A DNA stretch of 60,761 bases from Kiritimatiellia bacterium (GTDB lineage Bacteria > Verrucomicrobiota > Kiritimatiellia > RFP12 > UBA1067). Every line of letters starts with the position of its first letter. The first letter of the stretch is position 1. Location of the stretch: NCBI GenBank assembly GCA_045600365.1, contig JAZRXT010000164.1:1-60761 (forward strand), written 5' to 3'. This document shows positions 8,350 to 17,688 of this stretch, piece by piece. A program made the position numbers and the translations under genes. A model generated the notes under the pieces. That model was not told where the DNA came from. It made no database searches and saw nothing but the letters and a program-made list of their open reading frames with translations.

Positions 8350-8712
8350 TGAAAACACCGTTCCCCAGTCCACTTGCAGCGCGTTGGCGCAGACGATGTG
8401 CGGACTCGCCTTGATCGGGATGCGGGCGAAGTACTGCCCGAAGCGGTCGGCGACTTCGAGGTTGCAGAGGTGATCCATCAGCCAGAGGGCGACCTTGGCG
8501 ATCTCGGCGGGGAACTGCTCGATTTCGAGCCCAAAGAGCGGCATCAATCGGCTCTGGCACGGACGCGAGTTCGGCCTGCATCTCACGAGGGGCCATCATC
8601 CGCTGACTTCCGAGAATCCCCTTCGTCGATCCGTGTTGCGAGAATACCCCGACACACCGAAGATCACCGCAGCCACCAGGCCGAATCGTGCAATGGTAGC
8701 ATTCATAGACAA

Positions 8713-11700
8713 TCAGAAGAACGTGCTGAACTCGATCTTGTCGTTTGTCCACAGCGCGGCAGACGAATAGTCGCAGACATTGCACTCACGGCGCTCACCG
8801 CCCTTCTCGAACACAACCCGCCATGTCCCCCAGACGCCGTCAGCTGCCGGAAGTGGTTGAACCGAAAGCCGCCAGCCTCCTTCATTGACCGTAGGACCGT
8901 CCGCGATGTCGGCCAGGGGCGAACCAACCTTGACGCTTTTCGCCAGCAGCATCGGCCCCCACATCACCTGCGCCATCGGCTTCTTCACCAATAGCGGCAT
9001 CAGGTCGCGTTCACCGAGATCTCCATCCTCGTTGCGCGCCCAGCGGGTGACAAGATGACTCTTCGCGTCATACGACGCCACGGGCTCGCGATTGGAGGCC
9101 ACGATGCGTGGCGACATGTCGAACCTGAGCGTCCAGCGGGAATCACCCTTGGGCGCGTCAACCTCGAACCATCCAGGCGCAGTCGCCTTCCAGGATCGTG
9201 CTCCATTACCGATGGCAAGCGCCGGGCACCATTCCGGCACGCGGAAGCGCATCTTGCCCGGTTCCGCCAGGCACACATTCACACTGACATCGCCACTCAC
9301 TGGATAATTGCCGGCGATCCTAACCGCATCGTCGCCAACCTTCACCTCGGCATCGTGATACATCGCCACGCAGAGAGTGCCGTCACGATCCTTCGCGGCG
9401 ATGCTCTGGGCCACATCCATGAAACCGCGCGGCATATTGTTCACGCAGCAGTGCTGCAAGGTCATTCCACTCTGCGGCGGCGCCTTCTGGTGGCGGCCGT
9501 GGCTGCGCACACAGCGGGCACCCCACTTGCCATCGGGACGCACCCCGGCGAGAAACGCGTTGTAGAAAGTGGTTTCGATCGCGTCAACATACTTCGCCTC
9601 GCCGGTCACCAGCCAGAGATCGTGGTTGAGACGCATCCAGTGAATTGCGTCGCATGGCTCCGACACGCCGTTCAAATGGCGCCTAGCCCCCCAGAACTGA
9701 TCGTTGTATCCAACCGAGAGACAGAGGTTCAGCTCGTCGGCGAGGATGCGTTCGCGCATCTTCACCGCCAGCTCCAGGGCAGACCGGTCGCCCGTGACAC
9801 GATAGTACTCGATGAAGCCGTCGAGACAGCTCATCATCTCGTACGCCTTGCCCCATTTGCCGTTTTCCTCGGGGTACCAGTCCTGCATGGGCCTGCCGGT
9901 CGCGAGCTTGGCGGCGAATTGAACCGCCTGGCAGGTGGGATCGCTGAAATACCCGATGATTTCCCTGGCGTACTCGAGGTATTTCTGCTTGCCAGTATCC
10001 TGGTATAGCCACAGCAACGGCTTGAGAATCGAACATGGAGGGAAGCCGTGCATGGACTGCGTACCAGTGTCGCACAGCTTGAGACCACGGCGGCGAAGCA
10101 TCTCGATCTGCTGGGTCATCGCCTTGTCCGCCGCCTCGAGGATCGCCTTGTCGCCGGTCAGGCGGTAGCAGGCGAGCAGCCCCCAGAGCGTGTACTTGCG
10201 GCACCAGAGGTTCCAGTTCCAGGAGCACGGCCAGCCCATGCGGCGCTGCTGTTCTGCAAGCGGCAGCGGCACGATGTATTCCGAATCCACGTAGGTGCCG
10301 AGATATCCGTCGGCGCGCTGGAACTTGATCAGCGACAGCGCCTCGTCATGCAGAAACTTCCGCAGTCCCTCATCGCGCGAATGCTCGGCAACGCGGCTGG
10401 CGGAGATCATCAGCTTGCCCCAGAACTCGCCCTTCCACATTCCGATGCCATGGTTGAAGACGTCGTCGTCGGGGTGGGCAAACGCCTCGTGCGCCTCCTT
10501 CCAGATCTCGCTGCGCGCATACTCGCCGCGAATGCGGTTCGAGAAGAACGTATCCTGGACTTCGCCCACGTGACCGGGCACCTTGACCTCGCCAAGTCTG
10601 GCAGTTCTGACGCGGTCAGGAGTGGGGAAGTCGACGAAGTAGTGTCCGGCGAAGGTGACTATCCGCACTCTTGCCTTGACCTCGACCGGGCTCGACGTGC
10701 GGATCGTCACGATGCGCGTGACCACCGGCGGCACGGGGAGAGTGTACACCGCTCCCGGGGCCGTCTTCGGCAGCTTCACGTGACGGATCGTCTGCCGCCT
10801 GTCGTCAAACTCCAGGTCGATCATCTCCGGCAGCATACCATTCTCGTCGGCGACAAAATCGATCGCCACCACCTTGCGGGCGTCGAGGATGTCGAACGTG
10901 ATCGAGCGCACTCCATCCGGGGAACGCGTCTCGGTTCGCTTCACCTCTGGAGGAGGAGCCTCGGGCGTGATATCCGGCAGGTCGGGACGGCCGTATTTGC
11001 GCAGGGTGGCGCCCCCCTCCCGGATGATCGCGAGCGCCTGCTCCCGTGCCTCACCGGTGACGCCCGACAGACACAGGCTCAACTCGGGACGAGCGAAGTT
11101 AACTCCCGTGCCAAGTACCCGCGTTGCATCTGGTCGGGCCCAGATGGTATCGGCGACAATGCTCTTGTGGTCGCCGGTGAGTTCCACCAGTTTGCGGGTC
11201 TGCGCGAACGTGAGCGGACAGCGCCCGTACGGGCGTTCCGGATACTGCGTCTCGTAGGTGGGATAGTAGGGCATGTTGAGGTCAATCCACTCAACGATCT
11301 TCGAGCGTTCTGCGGCGGTAAGCTTCACCTCGCCATGGCCGGCGTCGAGCATATCGACCAGCCGGCTGCGGTGCGAACCCCAGGCATAGGCTGGCAGAAC
11401 TTCGGGTGGACCGTCATCGACCGGCTTGAGGAGTTCCTTGGGCTGGCCGGGCTTGTCGGGATACCAGCGCAGCGCTATCTTGCGGCGCAGCTCCATATAC
11501 GAGACATTGAACACCACACCGGGATCTGCGGCGAGGTTCACCGCCTTGGCACCGGGTTTGCCGTAGTCGTGGCACTTCAGGCAGTTGCGGTTCCAGATTG
11601 GCTGGATCTCGCTCATGTACGAGAAACTCTTCGTCTCGCCTTCGAGCTTGGGAATGCTGGGGCGGCGCGAGCGCGCCATGGTGTCCCGAAGCGGTGGGGT

Positions 11701-14700
11701 CGCCTCCAGCCGGTCCTCGTGACAGCCAGTGCAGCCAGCGAGCTCTCCAGGCTGCAGCGTGGTGCCATTGCGCATCGACTGCACCATCATCCCCTTCTCG
11801 TCCAGAGCCTGGAAATACACGAATCGGTTCGCCTCAACCTCGAAGAGTGCACTGCCATCCGCCTCCACCGGCACGACGCCGAGCACGCGCTTGGTGTTGG
11901 TGCAGTTGTAGTTAACGGCCGGGCGGTGGGTGGTGTCGGTGTTCCAGAAGTGGTCGGAGCGGTTCCGCTTGGGCGGCGCCTCCACGATTCGCAGCCACTT
12001 GATCGAGCCGCGGCGCACCTTCTCCATGCCGGTGCCGTGGTAGACGTCGCCCACATAGAACACCCCGGTCTTCTTCGTGTCGTCGACGGCATCGACCAGC
12101 GCTGGCGGTTTGGTCCGCGCCTTCAGCGGCTGGGGGTCGTAGCAGCCGAGAACCGCCTCTTCGTGCACCTTGAACTCCGAGCCATCGGCGAAATCGCAAA
12201 GGTAGATCGCCATCCGCTCCGTCTTCATGTCCTCGCTGCGCGAGACCAGCACGCGTTCGCCGTCGAGCGGATATGGATCCTCGTACTTCGTCTTAAGCGC
12301 CTTGAACGAGTCGATGTAGCTCTCGCAGGGATGGTACGACGTGCGCCCATCGCCGTAGTCAGCGGTGTAGACCACCATGTTCGTGATGTTGGCGGGGAAG
12401 CTGCCGACGATTGGCTCCATGCCGTCCAGCCCCCTGCGGCGGTCGAGCGCCACCAGTGCGCCCCACGGGCGGTCGTGGCAGGCGCCGAACACGCACACCA
12501 CGCGCTCGGGGCCACCACCCGGGAACGCCCGTGCGTCGAAGATCGCGCCCGGTCTCCATGCATTCTCTCCGTAGAAGAGCGCCTGGGTACGGCCGTCGGG
12601 GAACATGGTCCAGAGGCCAAACGAGCAGCCGAACTGGCGATCGACGTAGTTCCAGCGATCATAGATGATGCGGCCATCGGGCAGCACGGACGGACGGGAT
12701 TCATAGAGGTTGTTGCGTCCGAGCTGGCGCAGACCGGTGCCGTCGGCGTTGACGCGGAAGATGTTGCCTTGGAGGTGCCAGTTGCAGCCGCAGTACTTCA
12801 CGTCGCGATTGGAGGAGAAGACGATGCGTCCGTCCGGCAGATAGGCGGGATCTATGTCGGCGCCCTTGCCATCCGTTATGCGGCGTAGCCCCGTGCCGTC
12901 CGCATTCATCTCCCAGATCGCGAAGTTCTCGTAGGCGGCGCGGCGCATGGAGAACAGCAGACGGGAGGCGTCATAGGAAACCTCGAGGTCGCGAATGACA
13001 CCCTTCGGACAATCAAGCAGCGTCACCATGTTGGTACCGTCGAGCCGGCGGATGGCGGCGCCGCCGCGCACGTTGTGGCAGGAAACATCGCCCGCAGTGA
13101 AGTCGGTGCCGGTGTTGTGATGGTCGGGGGCGTACTGCCGGCGCGCGACGTAGACGATCGGACCGAGAGCGGGCTTCGCCTTTGGCTTCGGCTGCGAGTC
13201 GAGCTTGCGATCCGCCACGTAGAGCTCCGGCCTCACCGAAACGTCAACCGGGGCCACGTTCACGCCGCGTCGGCGCCACTCGTCGGCAAAGTCCTCCAAG
13301 CTCTCCCGATACACCTTCCAATTCCGCTTCGCGGGCGGCTCGTAGGCGTTCAGCACGTCGGCAAGCACCTTCAGCCGCGGCCAGGTCTTCCAGTCGAGCT
13401 CCTCGGGGATGGAGGTGTATTCGGTCCAGGCGCAGGCCTCGCCACCAAGTACGTGCGCCCTGAGCGCATCGCCATTCAGGCCCTCATATGGATCGTATCT
13501 GCCGTAGATGGTCTCGCACTTCACCGGACAACCGAACCAGGGATAGGTGTACGGATCCTCGGCCAGCGCCTGGGGATAGTCGAAATAGGCGAAGGTATGC
13601 AGACTCATCACCGCATCGTGGCCGGCCGACACCGCCTTGGCGAGTCCCTTGTGGTCGTTCCACACCTGGATGATCGTCTGCTTCGGCAGCTTGCCGGTGT
13701 AGATGGGCGTCTGCCAGCACATCGCCCTGCGGCCCTTCTTCGCGAGGTAGTCCACCATCTCGCCCATGAACCGGCACTGGAGATCCACCATGTTGGTCGA
13801 GCCAATCGCCGCCAGTTCGCGGCGGCAGTCGGAGCAGGCATTCCACGTGGAGGGATTGCACTCGTCGCCGCCTATGTGCACGACCTCATCGGGAAACAGG
13901 GCAATCGTCTCATCGAGAATGCGCTTCAGCGCCTCCTTTGTCTTCGGATTGGCGAGGCATACCTCTCCCGCACCGGGGGTTTTCCCGCCATTGCAGGTGA
14001 TCTGGGGCAGACACGACGAGAGCGCGTTGGAATGGCCGGGCATCTCGATTTCCGGCACCACGCGGATGCCACGAGCGGTGGCGTGGGCAATCACTTCGCG
14101 CACCTGGTCCTGGGTATAGAAGTAGGGTCCATAGCGTCCGTTGCCGCTGTCGCGGTAGTCATGCATTCCGTGCTTGTTCGGCTTGCCGAGCATCGAGCCG
14201 CGCTCGGCGCCCTTCTGGGTGAGCTCGGGGAAGCACCTGAGCTCCATCCGCCAGCCGGACGCATCCACGAGATGCCAGTGAAAGACGTTCAGACCGACCT
14301 CGTGCATCAGGTCGAGCTGCCGCTTGATCTCGTCGACGGTGAAGAAATGGCGCGAACAGTCGAGCATGAAGCCGCGCCAGGCGAACTTCCTGCCGCCGGT
14401 GGCGGGCCTCGCCGCGAAATGCCGCTCCACCGCAGCCGTGGCCCAGAGCGTCATCCCCACTGCCGGCATGTCGTATTCACCATTGCGGACGTGCAGGACC
14501 GCGCCAGGTATCTGCGGAGTGGAGGGGAAGAACTGACCGAAGACGGGACGGCGCGCCTGGTTCTGGCCGATGCCGTCGATAAAGCTCACGCAGCCGGGAT
14601 TGGCACCATACGTATAGTCGAGCGCACGCTGGGCGAGGACGGCCCAGCTTGGCTCGCCGAGGAGACGAGAGGCCTCCAGCAGAAAGATTGCATTGTCGGC

Positions 14701-15972
14701 GGCACGTGATGGCTCCCCACGCGAAACGGGATTTCCACTCTCGCAGTTGCGCGCCAACAGATTATCGACGATACCGCTGGCCACATGGCGTACGTGGTCC
14801 TTCCACTCCTGTTCGCCGAATTCGAGCGCGAGTTCGAGGAACACCCGTTCGCCGGCAAATGTGTACGCATACGAGCACCCCTTCTTCACAGACTGTCCAT
14901 TCGCCACCAGCGACAGCGCCTCGCGGGCGTATTTCCTCGCAAGCTCGGCAAACTGCGCGTCGCCAAGGGCACGATGAAGTTCCAGCGCCGCTGCGGCGCG
15001 CTGGGCGAAGCCGGTTGCGGTGGTGCGGTAGTTCTCGGCATACCAGCTCTTCGGCTGCGTTCCCTGCGGCAGCTTCTCGCGGCACTGCTTCGGCGGAGTC
15101 TCGAAGTAGGGATTGGTCTCGATCTCATGGAACACCTTCCGGGCACGGTCGGCGAGTAGCTTCGAGTAGGCGGCGTCCCGCGAGGCGAAATACCGGGAGG
15201 CGCGAGCGAAAAGCATGGCGATGTTGGCCTGCGCACCCATGGGGGCGGGGAACGGATAGTAGTTGCGCGGGCCCCACCAGATTGGCTCGAACTGGCATTC
15301 GTAGGCGTAGCCGGTCTCGGCAGTGAGACGCAGGAAGTAGTCGATACCCCAGCGAAGCTCCTCCTCGAGCTCGCCCTCGTCCCAGGACGGAGTCTCAAGT
15401 TCCGCGTACCGGAGTAGCGCCAGACACGACATCGAGATGCCGTCCGCCCAGTTGCGCAGATCGGCACTCTGGTGGTATCCACCGTGGACGTCGATCATGC
15501 GGTGGGTACCCACCAGACTGGCCTTCGCCTGATGGCAGAGACCGGCCCAGCCCTTCCTCGAACCGCAGCGCTGCCAGGCATAGTACTGCAGGAACATCCG
15601 CTTGGCGGAGTCATATGCATGAGGGTGGATGACGAAGTCGCTGGAGGCGGCGCCGCTCCATTTCAAATCAACCCTGCCTTCGACCTTCGGCGGGAGCGGT
15701 CCACACATCACCCGATAGTCTCCCGATCGCCTCACGCATGAGAAGTCGCCGGTTACGATGCCGGATGATGCGGGCGCAAAGGTTCCGGTGTAGACCACGT
15801 GCCAGCGGCGGTCGACATCCTCCTCGTCGTAGCGCAACACGCTGAAGACGTTAGTGGGAGGATTCTCGCAGACGCACACCTTCGGCGCCAGAGGAGCGTA
15901 GCCGGCCTGGTTGACCCAGATACGTACGGGGGATAGAGAGGTGGAGACGGCAGCAAGGATGAGGGCAAACAT
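8713..15972 (-). CDS. Giant secreted multi-domain glycan-active protein (2419 aa): Ig + GH9-like (alpha/alpha)6 module, GH20 beta-hexosaminidase, TolB/PD40-like beta-propeller, a region with two CXXCH motifs, and a GH127-like (DUF1680) module.
   Basis: N-terminus VRIWVNQAGYAP (CelD_N-like) then DVHGGYHQSAD. GH20 block FAWRGFMLDCSRHFF...HWHLVDASGWR...PEIEMPGHSNA...HIGGDEC (from nt 14385). PD40-like LPDGRIVFSSNRD. CTGCH at 11719-11733 and CLKCH at 11569-11583. The C-terminus has GEFWGKLMISASR, SEPCDAIHW and HCCVNNMPR, which recall the GH127 Glu/Cys zinc-site motifs. Confidence 0.9.
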   Translation of the reverse strand: MFALILAAVSTSLSPVRIWVNQAGYAPLAPKVCVCENPPTNVFSVLRYDEEDVDRRWHVVYTGTFAPASSGIVTGDFSCVRRSGDYRVMCGPLPPKVEGRVDLKWSGAASSDFVIHPHAYDSAKRMFLQYYAWQRCGSRKGWAGLCHQAKASLVGTHRMIDVHGGYHQSADLRNWADGISMSCLALLRYAELETPSWDEGELEEELRWGIDYFLRLTAETGYAYECQFEPIWWGPRNYYPFPAPMGAQANIAMLFARASRYFASRDAAYSKLLADRARKVFHEIETNPYFETPPKQCREKLPQGTQPKSWYAENYRTTATGFAQRAAAALELHRALGDAQFAELARKYAREALSLVANGQSVKKGCSYAYTFAGERVFLELALEFGEQEWKDHVRHVASGIVDNLLARNCESGNPVSRGEPSRAADNAIFLLEASRLLGEPSWAVLAQRALDYTYGANPGCVSFIDGIGQNQARRPVFGQFFPSTPQIPGAVLHVRNGEYDMPAVGMTLWATAAVERHFAARPATGGRKFAWRGFMLDCSRHFFTVDEIKRQLDLMHEVGLNVFHWHLVDASGWRMELRCFPELTQKGAERGSMLGKPNKHGMHDYRDSGNGRYGPYFYTQDQVREVIAHATARGIRVVPEIEMPGHSNALSSCLPQITCNGGKTPGAGEVCLANPKTKEALKRILDETIALFPDEVVHIGGDECNPSTWNACSDCRRELAAIGSTNMVDLQCRFMGEMVDYLAKKGRRAMCWQTPIYTGKLPKQTIIQVWNDHKGLAKAVSAGHDAVMSLHTFAYFDYPQALAEDPYTYPWFGCPVKCETIYGRYDPYEGLNGDALRAHVLGGEACAWTEYTSIPEELDWKTWPRLKVLADVLNAYEPPAKRNWKVYRESLEDFADEWRRRGVNVAPVDVSVRPELYVADRKLDSQPKPKAKPALGPIVYVARRQYAPDHHNTGTDFTAGDVSCHNVRGGAAIRRLDGTNMVTLLDCPKGVIRDLEVSYDASRLLFSMRRAAYENFAIWEMNADGTGLRRITDGKGADIDPAYLPDGRIVFSSNRDVKYCGCNWHLQGNIFRVNADGTGLRQLGRNNLYESRPSVLPDGRIIYDRWNYVDRQFGCSFGLWTMFPDGRTQALFYGENAWRPGAIFDARAFPGGGPERVVCVFGACHDRPWGALVALDRRRGLDGMEPIVGSFPANITNMVVYTADYGDGRTSYHPCESYIDSFKALKTKYEDPYPLDGERVLVSRSEDMKTERMAIYLCDFADGSEFKVHEEAVLGCYDPQPLKARTKPPALVDAVDDTKKTGVFYVGDVYHGTGMEKVRRGSIKWLRIVEAPPKRNRSDHFWNTDTTHRPAVNYNCTNTKRVLGVVPVEADGSALFEVEANRFVYFQALDEKGMMVQSMRNGTTLQPGELAGCTGCHEDRLEATPPLRDTMARSRRPSIPKLEGETKSFSYMSEIQPIWNRNCLKCHDYGKPGAKAVNLAADPGVVFNVSYMELRRKIALRWYPDKPGQPKELLKPVDDGPPEVLPAYAWGSHRSRLVDMLDAGHGEVKLTAAERSKIVEWIDLNMPYYPTYETQYPERPYGRCPLTFAQTRKLVELTGDHKSIVADTIWARPDATRVLGTGVNFARPELSLCLSGVTGEAREQALAIIREGGATLRKYGRPDLPDITPEAPPPEVKRTETRSPDGVRSITFDILDARKVVAIDFVADENGMLPEMIDLEFDDRRQTIRHVKLPKTAPGAVYTLPVPPVVTRIVTIRTSSPVEVKARVRIVTFAGHYFVDFPTPDRVRTARLGEVKVPGHVGEVQDTFFSNRIRGEYARSEIWKEAHEAFAHPDDDVFNHGIGMWKGEFWGKLMISASRVAEHSRDEGLRKFLHDEALSLIKFQRADGYLGTYVDSEYIVPLPLAEQQRRMGWPCSWNWNLWCRKYTLWGLLACYRLTGDKAILEAADKAMTQQIEMLRRRGLKLCDTGTQSMHGFPPCSILKPLLWLYQDTGKQKYLEYAREIIGYFSDPTCQAVQFAAKLATGRPMQDWYPEENGKWGKAYEMMSCLDGFIEYYRVTGDRSALELAVKMRERILADELNLCLSVGYNDQFWGARRHLNGVSEPCDAIHWMRLNHDLWLVTGEAKYVDAIETTFYNAFLAGVRPDGKWGARCVRSHGRHQKAPPQSGMTLQHCCVNNMPRGFMDVAQSIAAKDRDGTLCVAMYHDAEVKVGDDAVRIAGNYPVSGDVSVNVCLAEPGKMRFRVPEWCPALAIGNGARSWKATAPGWFEVDAPKGDSRWTLRFDMSPRIVASNREPVASYDAKSHLVTRWARNEDGDLGERDLMPLLVKKPMAQVMWGPMLLAKSVKVGSPLADIADGPTVNEGGWRLSVQPLPAADGVWGTWRVVFEKGGERRECNVCDYSSAALWTNDKIEFSTFF

Positions 15973-16015
15973 TGGCAGGACCAGGATATTGAAGGATTTT
16001 CAGATCGGAACGCGA

Positions 16016-17671
16016 CTAGTGGTTGAAGAGAAGCTCGCGGGCGTGGCGCATGACCACCGAGGTAAGATTGGCGCCGCCGAGCATGCGGGCGATTTCCTCC
16101 ACGCGCTCGTCACCCTCCAGCGCACGCACCGCGCTGCGGGTACGCCCGCCGGACACGGTCTTGGCCACTACCAGATGGCGTTCGCCGTAGACAGCGCTCT
16201 GCGGCAGGTGGGTGATCGCGATCACCTGATGGTGCTTCGCCACGGCGCGCAGCTTCTCGCCGACGGCGCGTCCCACCTCGCCGCCGATATTGGAGTCGAT
16301 CTCGTCGAAGACGAGCGTGGGCGTGAGATCGTGCTCGGCCGTGACCGCCTTCACCGCCAGCATCACCCGGGCGATCTCGCCGGTGGAGGCGATGGCGCGA
16401 AGCGGACGCGACGACTCGCCTGGATTGGGGGCGAAGGTGAACGAAACCGTGTCGCATCCGGATGCGTCCGGCGCACGCGCCACGAGATCGACGCCGAATC
16501 CGGCCTTGAGAAAGCCCAGGTCGCGCAGTTCGGCGGTGATTGCGCGCGAAAGCCGCACACCGGCCTTCTTGCGCGCGGCAGACAGCTCCCGTCCCGCGGC
16601 CGCAACGGCCTTCTCGGCCTCGACGATCGCCTTTTCGAGTTCGGCAATGCGCCCTTCCCGTCCCTCGAGATCGGCCAGACGCGCAGCCCGTTCATCGCGC
16701 AGCTCCAGGAGCGCCACCGCGGACGGACGCGCATACTTGCGCTTCAGACGCTCCACCAGCGACAACCGTTCGTCAAGCGCCTGCAGCGCCTCGGGATCAA
16801 CCTCGATGCGAGACACCGAATCCGTGATCGAACGGGAAAGCTCCTGCACCTGCACCACCAGGCGTTCCGTCTCCTCGTCCCATTCCTTCGCCTCGTCATG
16901 GAAACGCGTCATCTCGCGCAGACGGGTCCCGGCGGCGATGAGCGCGGCGGCAGCGGAGTCGTCGGCCTCGGAAAGCGCGGCGGAGGCCGACTGTGCGCAT
17001 TCGAGGATTTCCGCCGCATGCGCGGCGGCGGCATGGCGAGCGGGAAGCGAATCATCATCCTCCGAAGTCAGCTGCGCCGCATCCAGTTCATCGACGGAAT
17101 AGCGCAGGCGCTCGGTCTCCTCGGCGAAGTCGCCGGCGTCACCCTGCAGGCTAGCCAGCTCCTTCCGCAGCGCGCACAGTTTCTGCCAGGCCACCTCGTA
17201 AGGACCGCGGGCGATGCGGCCATAGGCGTCCAGCACCTCGCGCTGGAACGACTCTTCGAGCAGCGACTGGTGGTCGCCCGCACCATGGACATCGGCAAGC
17301 AACCCCCCGAGTGAACGCAGCGTCTGCACCGTCACAGGGGAGTCGTTGACGTACACCCTGCCCCCGCCGCCAGAGGAGACTATGCGGCGGATGGCAAGCG
17401 CACCGTCCTCGCAGGGTGCTATTCCCGCCTCGTCGAGGAAGGCGGACACGGCGGCAGGAACCTGCTCGAAAACCGCTTCGATCCGCGCGTCCTTTGCGCC
17501 GTCACGGACGGCGGAGGCATCGGCCCTTGCGCCCAGCAGCAGCGAGAACGCACCCATGAGCACGCTCTTGCCCGCGCCGGTCTCGCCAGTGATGACGTCC
17601 AGGCCGCCGTCGAACTCCGCCTCGGCAGATTCGACGACGGCCAGGTTCCTGACAGAAAGCCGGGAAAGCAT
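16016..17671 (-). CDS. recN: DNA repair protein RecN.
   Basis: 551 aa. N-terminus MLSRLSVRNLAVVESAEAEFDGGLDVITGETGAGKSVLMGAFSLLLGARAD (Walker A). Long coiled-coil middle region. C-terminal FDEIDSNIGG signature. Confidence 0.95.
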   Translation of the reverse strand: MLSRLSVRNLAVVESAEAEFDGGLDVITGETGAGKSVLMGAFSLLLGARADASAVRDGAKDARIEAVFEQVPAAVSAFLDEAGIAPCEDGALAIRRIVSSGGGGRVYVNDSPVTVQTLRSLGGLLADVHGAGDHQSLLEESFQREVLDAYGRIARGPYEVAWQKLCALRKELASLQGDAGDFAEETERLRYSVDELDAAQLTSEDDDSLPARHAAAAHAAEILECAQSASAALSEADDSAAAALIAAGTRLREMTRFHDEAKEWDEETERLVVQVQELSRSITDSVSRIEVDPEALQALDERLSLVERLKRKYARPSAVALLELRDERAARLADLEGREGRIAELEKAIVEAEKAVAAAGRELSAARKKAGVRLSRAITAELRDLGFLKAGFGVDLVARAPDASGCDTVSFTFAPNPGESSRPLRAIASTGEIARVMLAVKAVTAEHDLTPTLVFDEIDSNIGGEVGRAVGEKLRAVAKHHQVIAITHLPQSAVYGERHLVVAKTVSGGRTRSAVRALEGDERVEEIARMLGGANLTSVVMRHARELLFNH

Positions 17672-17688
17672 CCGTCCTCCGGGTTACC

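Larger units (their letters stand above)
7574..8712 (-). pseudogene. Remnant of an MmeI-family (type IIL/IIG) restriction-modification enzyme. The MTase core and C-terminal domain are present. The nuclease region is missing and the target-recognition region is deleted.
   Basis: ORF 7999-8586 carries FGLEIEQFPAEIAKVALWLMDH...FDYIMGNPPFSG...FVSTNSITQGEQVAPIW...FAYRTFKWHN. A TAG at 8001-7999 interrupts the conserved FKW-N-E-A-G-AAV-VIIGF block, and the same frame continues AKGVAAVQCVIIGFHA. ORF 7574-8011 (a different frame) ends with the MmeI_C-like LYDPLKTPPDLLKAHQHLDALVDRAYG...AERVAHLFDLY. There is no intact N-terminal region before the stop of the neighbouring gene at 8713. Confidence 0.8.

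Noticed and set aside
10048-12888. 946-aa plus-strand ORF inside the giant gene.
   Set aside because: This is a shadow ORF. The minus-strand frame encodes the propeller, CXXCH and GH127-like modules, and the plus-strand translation is low-complexity.
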